The notes under the pieces were generated by a model. That model saw only the letters and a program-made list of their open reading frames with translations. It made no database searches and was not told the DNA's origin. The position numbers and the translations under genes were made by a program. 64,000 bases of DNA from contig NMRA01000940.1 in NCBI GenBank assembly GCA_002633005.1, positions 28,901 through 92,900 on the forward strand, in the 5' to 3' direction. The stretch is from Phoronis australis. Taxonomy: Eukaryota; Animalia; Phoronida. Each line of letters starts with the position of its first letter. Position 1 is the first letter of the stretch. Below are positions 1-13,100 of this stretch, in pieces.

Positions 1-388
1 AATTGTCTCATTTGTGAAAATACAATGAAACCAATCCCTTCAGCCTTGGAAGCAATGTACAGTGCATGGCAAACTAAAATTGATGGCTTTTGTCTTGAAA
101 ATTGACTGATTTAAGAATATGTTTTGCGTTTACATACAGGAAAATCCTACATTAAACCCAATGTCAAAATTTCCCTGTTTTCATTTTTCAGTGGCTTCTG
201 AGCTAAATGTCATCATGATGCCCACAATTTGTCAAATGTCTGATGACAACTACACTCATTGAAGAGTTTGATAAATAAGTGATTAAAAATTATCAACTAA
301 AATAACATTGCACTTGTCTGTCATGCCAGGTACTATAATTTTATTAGAAGTCAGAGTTTACCATGATTGCAATCTTTAATTGTTTCAG

Positions 389-582
389 ACAATGGTGTTT
401 TACGAGTGCCCATCCTATACGGACCTATTGAAGATTTGAGCGAGTCTGCAGTGACAATCTTATTCAAAGCTGTGCTGGATAGCTCCAAACCCAGCATGCA
501 GTCGGATTATGAAAGACGCTTCCCAACACACGTTGATGACGTGGCTTTTGTTATTAAATTCATGGCCGAAAATAGACTGAAG
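389..582 (+). CDS. MAT2B: Methionine adenosyltransferase 2 subunit beta (RmlD-like), penultimate coding exon
   Basis: tttcag acceptor and AAG|gtgagt donor; encodes GVLRVPILYGPIEDLSESAVT...RRFPTHVDDVA, matching MAT2B/RmlD motifs; upstream exons lie outside the window. Confidence 0.9.
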
Positions 583-1519
583 GTGAGTGTGTGCCTTTTG
601 TTCAATTGAAACGAGCTTAAGCTTGCATTTGTTGTATAATAATATTATACTATAATAATACCAAAAGTTACAAAATGTTTCCATAGACATCTACTGTGAG
701 ATTTTTTGTGAATTTTATGGTCCCTACAAACTGTTAGTCATCTTAAGGTAGCATTGTACTTAGAACTCTTTAGTGTTATGACAGCACAAAGGCATGTTTC
801 CCTTGACCCAGTTTTTAATTGTGGTGTGCGAGATGGGCTGGGTTGACAGGGACGAAATGCAATTTCTTTCATGCCCAGGCATTTTGGGATGTTGGACATT
901 TTGTGTGAATTGTTCGAGTGTCCCACTGCACAACAGTGGCAAGTTTATGGCATTATGGTGAGACACAATTCATAAAAAAGCTAGGAAATAGCCCATTGCT
1001 TTAAACCTGCACAAGAATGGAGAGCGTGCTGCCCACACACTACTCTTATCGCCATGTAGCAACAAAACGTACCGGTACTTCATCATGACGCCTGTGTATA
1101 GGAAAATGGACAGTGGTGAAATTTTGAAAAAAAAATTGCTGTAGTAACAGCCTAGAGGATTTGTTCATAGTGAACATTAGTCGAACTGTGTTTCAAAGAG
1201 CCCTTCTTGCACCTTTTGTAACAGTACTGAAGTTCAAATCATACTGGCTTGGACTTGAGGAATAAGCAAGCCGTTTTATGAACTAGATTCATTGTTCTGG
1301 GGTTTGAAAAGGAAACTCTAAACAGGTCGAGATGCAAATACATCGGATTCCGTAGAATACAATTAATCAACCCCAAATTGTTCAGTGTTTTAATAACTCG
1401 GCGTATTAAAAATGTTCTCAGACAAGGTTCTCTATACATGGTTAGTTTCGTTGAACATGAATTGCAGCACCCTATTTATTAACTTCACCAGAGTACAGGA
1501 CACAATTCTTGCATTTCAG

Positions 1520-1795
1520 AATCCAAAAGACATGAGTGGTATCTTTCATTGGAGTGGTGTTGAAAACATGACCAAGTACAACATGTGTCTTTCCATGGCC
1601 GAGTGCTTTGCTTTACCGTCAGGTCATCTAACTGCAGATAGATCACCCAGCAAGGGAGCCCCGCGACCGTTCAATACACAGTTGGACTGTTCCCGGCTGG
1701 AAGGATTGGGTGACTTTTGTAGGAGGACTTTCAATGTTGGCATCAAAACTTGCCTGCAAAGTTATTACGATGAGTGGTGTTCAACTGAGCAATAG
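1520..1795 (+). CDS. MAT2B: MAT2B last coding exon
   Basis: tttcag acceptor in phase 0 with the previous exon; GIFHWSGVENMTKY...GAPRPFNTQLDCSRLE...GIKTCL; TAG at 1793-1795. Confidence 0.9.
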   Translation, partial: NPKDMSGIFHWSGVENMTKYNMCLSMAECFALPSGHLTADRSPSKGAPRPFNTQLDCSRLEGLGDFCRRTFNVGIKTCLQSYYDEWCSTEQ

Positions 1796-2890
1796 AAATT
1801 GTGCTTCGTGGTATAGAAATTCACCTGAACGCTGTCGCATCCGATCGTTTTCATTTTGTGACAGCTAGTGCCAGAACTTTGATTGACAGTTTTTAGGTCA
1901 ATGTTTGTGCTCACTCGTTATCTTGCATGCATGGCAGGCAGTCTGGATGTTTGTTGTGTTGCTAGAAAATATGTTAGCGTTGCAAGTTTAATATATCGTC
2001 AAAATTTATTCATTGAATATGTTGCAGCTGAAATTGCATAGGAAATGTAATGTAAATTAATCATGGGAAATTAGAGGGAAATTGTTGAAATTTAATATGT
2101 CTTCGTGTCTTTGAGAACTACAGTTGACCAACAACCTTCTACAATAACATCAACACTGGATAATTAAAATATGAAATTTAACATTGAAATTAATTTGTAC
2201 ATCAGGCTATGGCAGTCTTATATTGATAGCAAATCAAATTTGTTTAATTCATATAGTTATAGTTTATTTTTCAACATTACATGTTGTTGGTGTTGTTGTT
2301 GTGCAGACTTTGAGGTGCTAAGCTGGCTCTCCCATGCTTAACACTTATTTCCGTGATTATATGGCAAAACAAGTTGAAACCGCAAAAAATCAGTGGAAGG
2401 TGGCCTGTTGGATCCTTGGTTTTCTTTAGAGTAAGTTTGGTGGACGAAATCCAATGCCAATCAGCGTCTCTTGTCCAGTCAATGCTGAGAGTAATGAGCA
2501 TGACTACTGCATTATGATGAAAAATCATAAAAGGCAAGTCACATTGTAAGATTTTTTATTTCTTCTACCAAATCATTTGTGGTTGCATATTGGTTTCGAA
2601 GGATACACCACAATAACACAATTACTTTAAAGGCGAAGGCAACCTTTTTCCATGTCATTTTGAGCTAAAATAAGGTTGGTTGGTTATCCTAGACATATTT
2701 TCCACTTAATTACAGCTTTTTGTAATTTTATTAATTACTCGTCCGCTACTGCGGAAGTGACGTTTTAGGAGGCAACCATTTCGCGCCAATTTCTTTTCAT
2801 ATAGTCTGACTGTGAGAGCTGCCGAGTCAGTCATTGTTCTACCTCGGTTGTGTTAAGTTCCGTCGTCGTTTGCTTTCATTTACTAGTCAG

Positions 2891-3339
2891 NNNNNNNNNN
2901 NNNNNNNNNNNNNNNNNNNNNNNNNNNNNNNNNNNNNNNNNNNNNNNNNNNNNNNNNNNNNNNNNNNNNNNNNNNNNNNNNNNNNNNNNNNNNNNNNNNN
3001 NNNNNNNNNNNNNNNNNNNNNNNNNNNNNNNNNNNNNNNNNNNNNNNNNNNNNNNNNNNNNNNNNNNNNNNNNNNNNNNNNNNNNNNNNNNNNNNNNNNN
3101 NNNNNNNNNNNNNNNNNNNNNNNNNNNNNNNNNNNNNNNNNNNNNNNNNNNNNNNNNNNNNNNNNNNNNNNNNNNNNNNNNNNNNNNNNNNNNNNNNNNN
3201 NNNNNNNNNNNNNNNNNNNNNNNNNNNNNNNNNNNNNNNNNNNNNNNNNNNNNNNNNNNNNNNNNNNNNNNNNNNNNNNNNNNNNNNNNNNNNNNNNNNN
3301 NNNNNNNNNNNNNNNNNNNNNNNNNNNNNNNNNNNNNNN
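2891..3339. other. Assembly gap (N run)
   Basis: 449 N; smaller gaps at 48055-48092 and 53958-53992. Confidence 1.
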
Positions 3340-3715
3340 GGCTCCAACCACTGTACTGGCCACAGCTCGCAAAGCTTCTCGCCTCAAAAACGCACTTCTC
3401 GGGGGGTGGCGACGGGGCACTGCCGGGAATCAACACAGACGGAATGGCATCCTTCTTCAGGCGTTGTTTCGCAGGGACCTTCATCAGCTCAGCGTACAAA
3501 TCCCTTTCGTAACCGGAGGGCAGAAATTGCTTGCCACACACACGGTAATTCTCCACTGCTTTGTACGTTGCGTGGACGGGTAACGCTACGTTCTTCACAC
3601 GAACGAGCCAAGTACGGCGAAGTGTGTCATCCATCGGAAAGCGATGGAAAGGTACTCCCAAAGCGCGCGTGAGCAGATAACTAGTACATTCCGGTACGCA
3701 GCAACAGTGTGGCAT
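3340..3715 (-). CDS. THAP-domain ORF (transposase N-terminus), runs into assembly gap
   Basis: MPHCCCVPEC...FHRFP...W...RVCGKQF...LKKDAIPS: THAP C2CH signature with conserved P, W, F and an AVPT-like box; the His ligand is replaced by Gln. Confidence 0.85.
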
Positions 3716-4061
3716 GTTGACTGACTAGTAAATGAAAGCAAACGACGACGGAACTTAACACAACCGAGGTAGAACAATGACTGACTCGGCAGCTCTCACA
3801 GACTATATGAAAAGAAATTGGCGCGAAATGCTTGCCTCCTAAAACGTCACTTCCGCAGTAGCGGACGAGTAATTAATAAAATTACGAAAAGCTGTAATTA
3901 AGTGGAAAATATGTCTAGGATAACCAACCAACCTTATTTTAGCTCAAAATGACATGGAAAAAGGTTGCCTTCGCCTTTAAACTCTCACTCATAACTTAAC
4001 ATTGCGACAAATCCAAGTTTTTCAGCACCCAGGATTATTTGTTGCTATCAGTAACAAAAGG

Positions 4062-4187
4062 TCATCTTTTTAGAACTGATATAAAAGCGTCCTTTGGCAC
4101 GTCAACATTTCCAATCTTGCGCATCTTTCGTTTGCCCTCCGCCTGAGCCTTGAGGAGTTTTGTTTTACGAGTGATATCCCCACCGTA
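4062..4187 (-). CDS. GUF1: GUF1 exon 18 (stop)
   Basis: [41 protein letters not shown]. Confidence 0.95.
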   Translation of the reverse strand, partial: YGGDITRKTKLLKAQAEGKRKMRKIGNVDVPKDAFISVLKR

Positions 4188-7100
4188 CTGAAAGTAAATT
4201 AGAAAGCAGTTTCATACACTTGTCTTAAATGAATGAGTAGTTGGTCAAAGTATTTCATTATCACGGTCATTTGTTAAATACGTGATGGCGCTGCTTATTT
4301 ATTGCTTTTACGGAGACTCACACCAGCTTCTTTTTAAAACGCTAAGTTGATTACGCGCACAACCTTCCATAGTCATCACAACTTACACATTTAGCTGTAA
4401 CGTCTTTCCGTAATGCTTTAATATTCTCCCTTGCCACTATTTTCCCTCCGATGGCTGCCTGTATCGCTATGAGAAACAGCTGTTGTGGAATGACCTCTTT
4501 CAGCTTGCTCACAATCCGGTGACCCACTGACCTAGCTTTGGTCACGTGGCAGAGGGTAGTCAGCTCCTCGACCTCCTTACCATTCAAAAGTATTGTCAGC
4601 TGAAGTGGGAATATAACAAAAATTTGGCCTTAACTTGTAGATTGCCTAACATGGACTGTTTTGTGAAGAACTTTACTGCCAAGAAAGAAAACCCCTAAAC
4701 GTCATTTAGTCAAAGTTTATAGTTTTTGGTGTACACTCTGTTACTCATCAGAAGAATTACATTAACCAATGTAAGTTATTTTATTAAAAACTTTTATTTG
4801 ATGTGGTTATTCAAAAACTCTATAATTAAGTAATTAAAAATGATAATTATTTTAGAAGCAATGATTTCGAATAATAAGTAAATGAATGATAACCAATAGG
4901 TAAAAGGGGTCAATATTTTATTTCCTAGACGCTAATTGCAATGCAGTACTAACCAGTGAACTGAACATCTCAAAATGATAATCAGAGATGATGAACACAA
5001 ACTTACACTTCACGTGAATACTGCACTAAAGGTGAACAACATTTTGATTTAAAGGAAAGTTTGGCTTAAATGCTCAGAACTGCCTACCTGTACCTTATCG
5101 AGGGTTACATTTCTTTGATCTGTCTGTCATCCATAAAGCTATACAGTCATTTTAAAAATCCTATTTGATCACAGAAACTTGTGAAAAGAGTGTCCAGACA
5201 TTTATAGTCACATGACCACATTTTACATCTTTCATGAAGACTGGTATTCATGGGTGAGAAAATTTTCACACAAAGCTCACAAATCCGAAACCGCCTTTGA
5301 GATGTTTTAAACCAAGGACTTGGATGTCAAAAAATGAGGAATAAAATGTTTTGTGTAATTTCTTAAACATTTCTAAAACGTCATCTTGTCTTCATTTTTA
5401 ATAACTGCTGACTTCAAAAGATTTTTGAGAAAACGATGCAAAATTATGTCATTGAATTTATACAGTGGCAAACAGTTACCTTAACAAGATTTGTTAACTG
5501 ATAGCCAGCATCTTCATAGTCAAAACTGAAACAGAACAATTGAAACATTATGCAAGTGCTAAAATTGCAGAAAAAAAATTGACAAAACGAGATAAATCAC
5601 AAGGAAACATTATGTAGCAGACGAATATCTAGAAGTGATATACGGTTTATTAAAATTGTTTTAAAAAGTCCCACATTATGCATTTAAAATGGAGTTCAAC
5701 TAATTCAGCAGTGAATACAACAGAATCTGATCTACATATTACTCCCCATGGATACATATTGAATCACTTTAAAACATTAGACAAGGCATTCTTCTATTGT
5801 ACAAGCCTTATGGCAAAAACAAAGCATCTTGTGTGAATCCAAGCATTTATTAAACATAAGCGAACTGTATTACTAAATTACTGTTTCTGTTATGACCAAG
5901 ATCTCTTCTAAAACATATTTTGTCAAGAACACATTAGAAGAAGCAGACTGGTTCAACAGCTGTCTGAAAAAGCATCTACTGAGTGGCGGTACAATCATGA
6001 CTGTTCACCATACTACTCTTAACTACTACAATGTTTCAAGGACACTGACTTGCAGTGAGCACTGACCATGTTATCTGACCAATGGATTAAGACAGTTAGA
6101 TATGTTGGGGATGTAAATGGACTGTCTCCACTATAAACAGTAATTGAATGTCCAAGTGAAGAGATTCATCTTGGAATGAAACCTTGACTATGTGTCCATG
6201 CTTAGTGAGAATTGTCTTTCATGGTTAACCCTATTATAAACGAATGCTTGTGGTTGCATTCATTAACCAACCTTGCGTATCCTGACGTGACGGATTTGAG
6301 CTCATCAAAGAAATCAACAACAACTTCGTTCAGTGGTAGAAGTACTTTTATCATCAGGCGAGAGTTGTCTATGTATGTTTGGTCTTGTTGCAGGCCACGC
6401 CGCTCCTATCAATGTAAAAACAATTCATTTACTTGAAACTAGGAGCAGAGTCCGTGTTTTCAAAAGTTGGGAAATTTCACTTAAGTTGTTTAATTTGTAA
6501 TTACTTATAATTATGTGGCAAAGATGTGGAAAAATTTAGACATAACTAGTAAATCGCAGAAAACTTAGCAAAAAAGAAAACATTTTCTTCGAAAGCTCAT
6601 TGACAAAGCTCACTGACAATTTTCGAGTAGCATTTCAAATGGAAAGCTAATTTGCATAGCTACCTACCAAACAGACTTTGTAAATTTCACTCAGGTACTC
6701 ATCAGGTGCAATGATAGTTCCCATGACAACAGGCTCATGATACTCAGTAATAATGGCGGGATCTGGCAACTGGAAGAGTAATGCAGTGCTTAGATGAAGA
6801 AAATAAAAAACAAATACCGTAACAAGTTCATTCAGTCAAATAATCACTTATAGCAGATGACAGTCGGCCACTTACAATTCAAGCAAAATGTGTCCCGCAT
6901 TCTTGAGCCCAGATAGACTGTTTTGACATGACAAAGTGGTTTCAGCTCAACATCCAACAGAGATGTATCACAAAAAGCGATCAGGTAACTGCTTTGAAGT
7001 GAGAATGTGTATGACTTCAGAGGCCCAGTAATCTATTTTTTAAAACTGACAAAGCAAGTAGCGATAATTTAATACACCAAGCAAACAAATACACACAACT

Positions 7101-10100
7101 TCTCTGCAGATACAATACAATGATGAAAGACAATGAGCGTTTAGTTCCCCTTATTTTTAACATACCTCGCCAGGGGAACACAAACGGAAGTTTTCCAATT
7201 AATTTTAACACACTTCAATAGAGCTCTTTCCGACTCTGCTAACGTGGGATGAACTTTGGCGAAATTATTTTTTTGGTGGTTTAGACAATCCCTTGTCAGA
7301 CACATAGCATTTGTGTATGGATTAAGCGAGATGTTATTACACTCAGTCACTAATTGTTTATTTTTGGACTTGCAAGGTCAGTTCTAGCGATTTTGACAAA
7401 GTGCATGAAGCAACACCGTCTTGTTGAGATTTAAAAATGAGTTTTAGTCCACAAGAAATGGTTTGTCGAATTTCAAAGTTGTCCAGTTTAAATTGGAAAG
7501 TACTTTAGGTGTCCCAACACAACAGCCACACTAGATATGAGCCTGAGAAATGTATGCACGATGTTATTTAAAATTAAGTGTTGGTTCATTGCTACTAAAG
7601 CAGTTTGACTTATTCTCATTTGCAGGCAATTGTACAAATACACACTAGCAACTAAATGCCAGGTAACTCACATGACAAGGGTTCAGCACAGTCACTTCTT
7701 CAGACCCATATTTTTTGATGTTCTTGGCACCATAGATCTTCACTATTCAAAGAAAAACAAGGCAAAATTGATTATTTTCAACCAATTTAAATTAAAATCT
7801 GCCACTGCTGAAATCAGTAAAATGCCAATCAAAACAAAGTTCACTTGATCCTGAAATCACACTTAAGATGAGAAGAGTCATAATCCATAAACAGTACCTT
7901 ATTTTGAATTATCATAGAAACGATTCCTTAGAAGTATAATATAGAACAATCTGATCTATAGCACATTGTACTTTACTGCAACCATTTATTATATAATAAA
8001 CAGTCTCATCACCTTTGTATGGTACATTTGGTGTAGTCATGATAACATTGGCATCATGTTCCTGCTCCAGTCTCTGACTAAACACTTCCATATGAAGAAG
8101 TCCAAGGAATCCCAGCCTCCACCCTTGGCCTAGTGCGGCACTGAAACATGCAGCAAGGAAAGTTTAGAGAGACGAGATGAAAGCAATTTTGTTCTTGCTC
8201 ACAATCCAAAGTACAAATTATATATCACGTTACTCAGCCACGCAAAATGTGTCTTGAACATTTCCTAACTTCGACAGATAATGATCTCCACCCCCTGGTC
8301 ACTTGCATCATAAAAAAAATGAATGACAGGGTTTGTCAACCCTTTCAATTCCAAAAATCAGTTGTTATCACAGAAGGGGGAATTTTGAGACCAGCTTCGT
8401 AAGATTAAGCAACCTCCCTCCGTGATTATGTACATGATAAGACAGCAAGCAAAAAGGAATTTCCTCTTTCTTCAAATCACCAGGTTCCTAGTAGTTCAAA
8501 CAACAGTAAATTATGTGGCAGGCAATACATGACAAGGCAATATCTCAATATTTGTTCAGAAACGACACAAAATATCTGACAATCATAATAACAAGAAACA
8601 AACCCTGGATATCTGACTTGTTCATTAGGGATGCACCTGCAGTGAAACTAGCACACGTGGAACATGCGAAAGTTGGATTTTTGATTTTCTTGGACAAAGT
8701 TCCACAATGTGATAGTTCTAGTTTGTACACTCAACCCTTCAGATATGACTGATTTCACCTAACTCAGATAAAATCTCGTGGTTCAGTTGGATCCAACTTA
8801 TGCCCATTTTACTGAGTCAGACGTATTTACTATGCTGGGGTACATTCGGCAAATCGACATTCCTGCAAGATTGGCGAGATCGCACAAGATCGTGATAGTG
8901 ACTAGTGAACACATGCAGAACGTCTTCAACTGAAGTAATAGATGGGCAAGGATGGAATATTGCATTATGGGAGAAAAATATAGAGAACACTACTATTTGC
9001 ATTCCACAAGCCAAGATTTCTCACTGCAAGTATCCTGCAAGTGTCTTGTGTATTACGGAATACCGCCCTGGCTGACAGTGACACACAAGTCATAGCCCTG
9101 GCTGACAGTGATACACAAGTGACCCAATAAGAGAGGCACACCCACCTACTATCCTGGCTAACCGTGACACTCGAGTCATTTAGTGTCAGACGCTCTATGG
9201 CATTACGTAATGCAGGGAGCTCTGACTGGTCTGTGGGGTAGATACCAGCAAACACCTGCAACAATGGAGCAAGTACAATGAGGTTATTAGGCCAAACATT
9301 CACCATTCTGGAACTACGAATATCCATATCCAGAATTCAACTATCCTTTACAGTGGAAGTAGAAGCAAAAGAAGCAAAAAGACTGAGTTAAGTCAACATT
9401 TAAGGAATCAACATCTCAGAAGTCTTCTTTGAATTGGTGAAGCTTCAGAACATCGTGATCCGGATAAGACATTTTTGAAAACTTTTCTGCCAGGCAGATT
9501 AACAATTAATCTAGTAAATCCACCCAGAAGAATACTTGAAAAAAATTCCATGTCCTTGCAGAATTGCCACACTTGAGTCAGTATCTGTATTACAACATGC
9601 TGAAGAAGCCTATTTTCACCTCCCACTGGCCAGTTTGAATCGCTCATTTTAGCCAGCCATTCAGTACTTCATGTCGCCTAAGCATAACAATATTCATTTT
9701 GAACATTAATGTACCATACCATTGCTTGGGCTTGTTTAAAACCTGGCAGGGGCTCCACAAGGTAATCTTTATGGCACAATGTGTCCCCCACTTGTGCCTC
9801 TTTGATGTCCTTCATGTTAGCATACAAATAGCCTACTTGACCAGCAAGCCTAGAGAAAAGAATAGTCATATAACTTACAGAAACTATTCTGGCTGGTGAC
9901 TTAAATTTATTTGCAATCTGTGCAATATTATTGTTACAACCAAAATTCTAGCAAACACACCTATATGAAGCTATTAGATCTTTTGTAAGGAATTATAAAT
10001 GTCAGGCCCATTCAAACAAGTGTTCTAGTCTGTTTTTGGCAAAATAGAAAGTCACTTACTATCTTAAAAATGGGTCTACAAAGCAAAGTCTTTCGTTACC

Positions 10101-13100
10101 ATAGGAGGCACACTTTGAACTGCCTGAACTGTCTTTCAGTCAACAAGGCAAAGGCACTACCAACATTTTCTGAAAGGCACACCACCTAGAAGGTGTAACA
10201 GGGGGACAAGGGTATTGCACTTTCAGATGCTACTGCTGGAGAGATGATTGATCCTGACAATAACCACACTGTGTATAATAAGAAGAAAACATCACAGTCA
10301 CACAACCACTAGTTGAGTGCGATTCCCCTCAAGTGTCTGTACAATTATACATGACCCAAACGTAATTGGACATTTGTTCAGTTGTAGAAACAAATTCATT
10401 TTACACAAAAAAATTTCATCTTCCTGCCGTGTCATCTCTGATGCAATTTAAGAATGGTTTTTAAACTCAACTTTTTTCTAGAATCTATGCAACTATTAAG
10501 TAGTTGACTGCATATATGAGGGAGTACACCAGCTATTTACTCCTTACTTACAGTTCAGAGGTCGGTTGCTCATTGGGATGCATGATTCCAATTTCTTGCA
10601 CTTCGTGAACTAACTTCAGGTTAGCACTTTTGATTTTATCACCTGCAACAGTAAAGATGTGTCTTTGGTGGACTCCAATTCTGCCCTTACACATTAAGTG
10701 AATCAGAGTTTGGAAACATTTGGGGTATTCACCTATTTCACGAAAGCGCCATCTTCCCGCGCCATCTTTAAATACTGATCGAAAACGAGGCACACTGATA
10801 AAACCTTGTGAGTGATCATCAGCTGGCCATGGTGTACTGTGCAGTGCCTGAACGTACCAATTCCAGTAATATCTCGTCGGTATCCTTCCCAGGGATATAC
10901 TTAGCCACTCGCCCAGTCGCCAATGCGAGTTAAAATGGTGCTGGGTGAGTAGAAGTTGACTTGCCGGTCGCCCGGTGGCGAGCGAATCATGTTCAGAGCG
11001 CAAAAGCACTACATATCGTTTCCCAGATGAATACGAATAATTTTCCTCCTCCTTGTGCTGTTTTTATCATGAATTTAAGGTTCAGTTTGGTCATCGTGTC
11101 GATGCTCCGACAGTAAAAACCATCGGCGCAGTGCGACCCTACCGATTCAGTACATGTCACCCGTTACGCGATCAGTGTGTGGTCGTGCACAAAGACTTTG
11201 TGGACTAGTCCGAAACGAAGAAAAGGGGAGAAAGGTGGAAGACCGGTCCATGTGCTCATAGCAAATAAAATACCATATTTCTTGGAACTGATTTCTTATT
11301 GTAATGTACAATGTCCTTTTAGCCAAAATTATTTTTACAACATTCGTTCTAATAAGCGCCCATGCCCCTATAAGCGTCCCCACTCGTTTTCAGACTTCGC
11401 TAAAATAAGCGCCCAGTCCATGAATGTGTATATATCAGTGCGAAAAATGTCTTACCTCACAGTTCTAAAATTCAACAGTAAATTTATTCAATTTATCAAT
11501 AATATCCGACAATGAGTTCTGAAAAATCATTGTACGCGTAACTTCTAGTAGACCACGAGCCTCGCCGCTATGTCGGTATTTAGCCGTGGCTGTACAAGGC
11601 TTCAAACCATTCCGCAGTGCTTCAAAAAGAACGCAAAAGATTTGCTGATCTTGCGAGGAAAGTGTCACACTACATGGTCTGGCCCTGATCAGATTGAACA
11701 GACGCAGTAGTACTCAGGTCAACGTGATTGGTATTGTATCTTTCCCGTACAGATCTTCTCCCACAACAGGAATCCAGATTGTTTTGTACGCGAAAAATTA
11801 TAAAAACCGCGAATCGAAACTTGGCCAAGAAGCGCGCGCTAGGGCCCACATATAACATGTGGGCCGGCTCAATGAGATAAATATACTACATTATACAGCT
11901 CATTGGGCCTGCTACTCTGGCAAATGAACACTGATGACAAGCACGCGCTCGCTCACTCGGCGCACACCAGCTGATTCACTTCAATACAAGTGTCACGTGA
12001 CAACAACATAATTATGTGTTCGTCCAGATTTTTCTCATTGCGGGGTGCGATCTAGCCGTGCGGCAGATTTTGACTTAATCTGCGGTTAATCCCGACTCCG
12101 AGTCCACAGGAACTTAAGAATCTTAGGAAAGGCTATTTGGGAGGATTTCAGGTAATTTGAGTCGAAACTATTTTTACTCAAGAATTCAAGTTGTCCTATC
12201 GACGATCGCGAAGCAGCGACGCATCAGTCGGCAAGTTTTCGCCCTGGGATTTAAGCATATTTTTTAAAAAGATCGTAATTTAACAACAGAGTTTGATAGC
12301 AATGCACCACAGCTTTGTAGCTAGTCTGTCATAGGTTACACATACGTCACAGCGCGTAAATTTGATGAATCCTAGCTTCCGATTTCACCCGTTTCGGAGA
12401 CCAGGTTTTAACTGCCGTAGGCTACAAAAAGAGTCCCCCTGGGCGCTTATTAGAGCGAATACGGTAGCCCTAATAGATGGTGACATCAGTGCACGACACG
12501 ATGATTTTTATTTAAATTAGCAGCAAGTTTGTGGTGACTGGCGCCAACGGTCGGGTGACCGAACTTCGGGCTTGGCGAGTAGATTTTCTGGCTCCGGCAC
12601 TCGCCCAGCTGGCGAGCAGGGTTTTTCAAGACTAAAAGCCTGGGTATATCCCTGACTTCCACACTTTTTCAAAAGAGGGAAAACTACTAAGGAATGGCTG
12701 AGGAGGGTAAAAGTCTAGTTGCCGTAAGTATTGGTATGTTTTTTGGAGATCGATTCAACATCAGACAACTTGATTTTTGGTAACGTTGATAAGTCTTTTG
12801 ACCACAACACCTTGCAGGACGATGCCATGTTTGTCAAGGCGCCTCGTTTTCGATCAACACGACAGCAGCGCCCCGCGTTCGTGAAAGAGGTGAATTGGAA
12901 CCAACCATCAAACAAGGTTGAGAACGTGGGCCTTAAAATGCCCTTGTCTGCACTGTCCAGTAATTAAGAGTTCCTCAACAGTATGTGACACTGACAAGAA
13001 TGTGAATGGCAAAATGTCACTACCACTGTCTTTAACATGCAATACTTGAGAGTGACGAAGCAGATCTACAGTAATTGTAAAAGCGTTCCAAGAAAAATAG

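Larger units (their letters stand above)
2631..3976 (-). mobile_element. Kolobok-type DNA transposon, internally deleted, with ~260-bp TIRs and TTAA TSD
   Basis: TTAA at 2627-2630 and 3977-3980; termini AGGCGAAGG...CCTTCGCCT; 2631-2890 is the reverse complement of 3721-3976 with about 2 substitutions and one 4-bp indel; carries a THAP ORF; interior partly an N-gap. Confidence 0.8.
10698..12932 (-). mobile_element. Putative decayed Kolobok-like element, host of nested insertions
   Basis: TTAA on both sides; inverted subterminal motifs attcacct.tttcacgaa and gatcgaaaacgaggc; ORF relic [24 protein letters not shown]. Confidence 0.45.

Noticed and set aside
2834-3583. Long ORFs of 154-279 aa in the ORF track
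   Set aside because: Lengths are artefacts of translating through the N-gap; only the minus-strand THAP part (3340-3715) is supported
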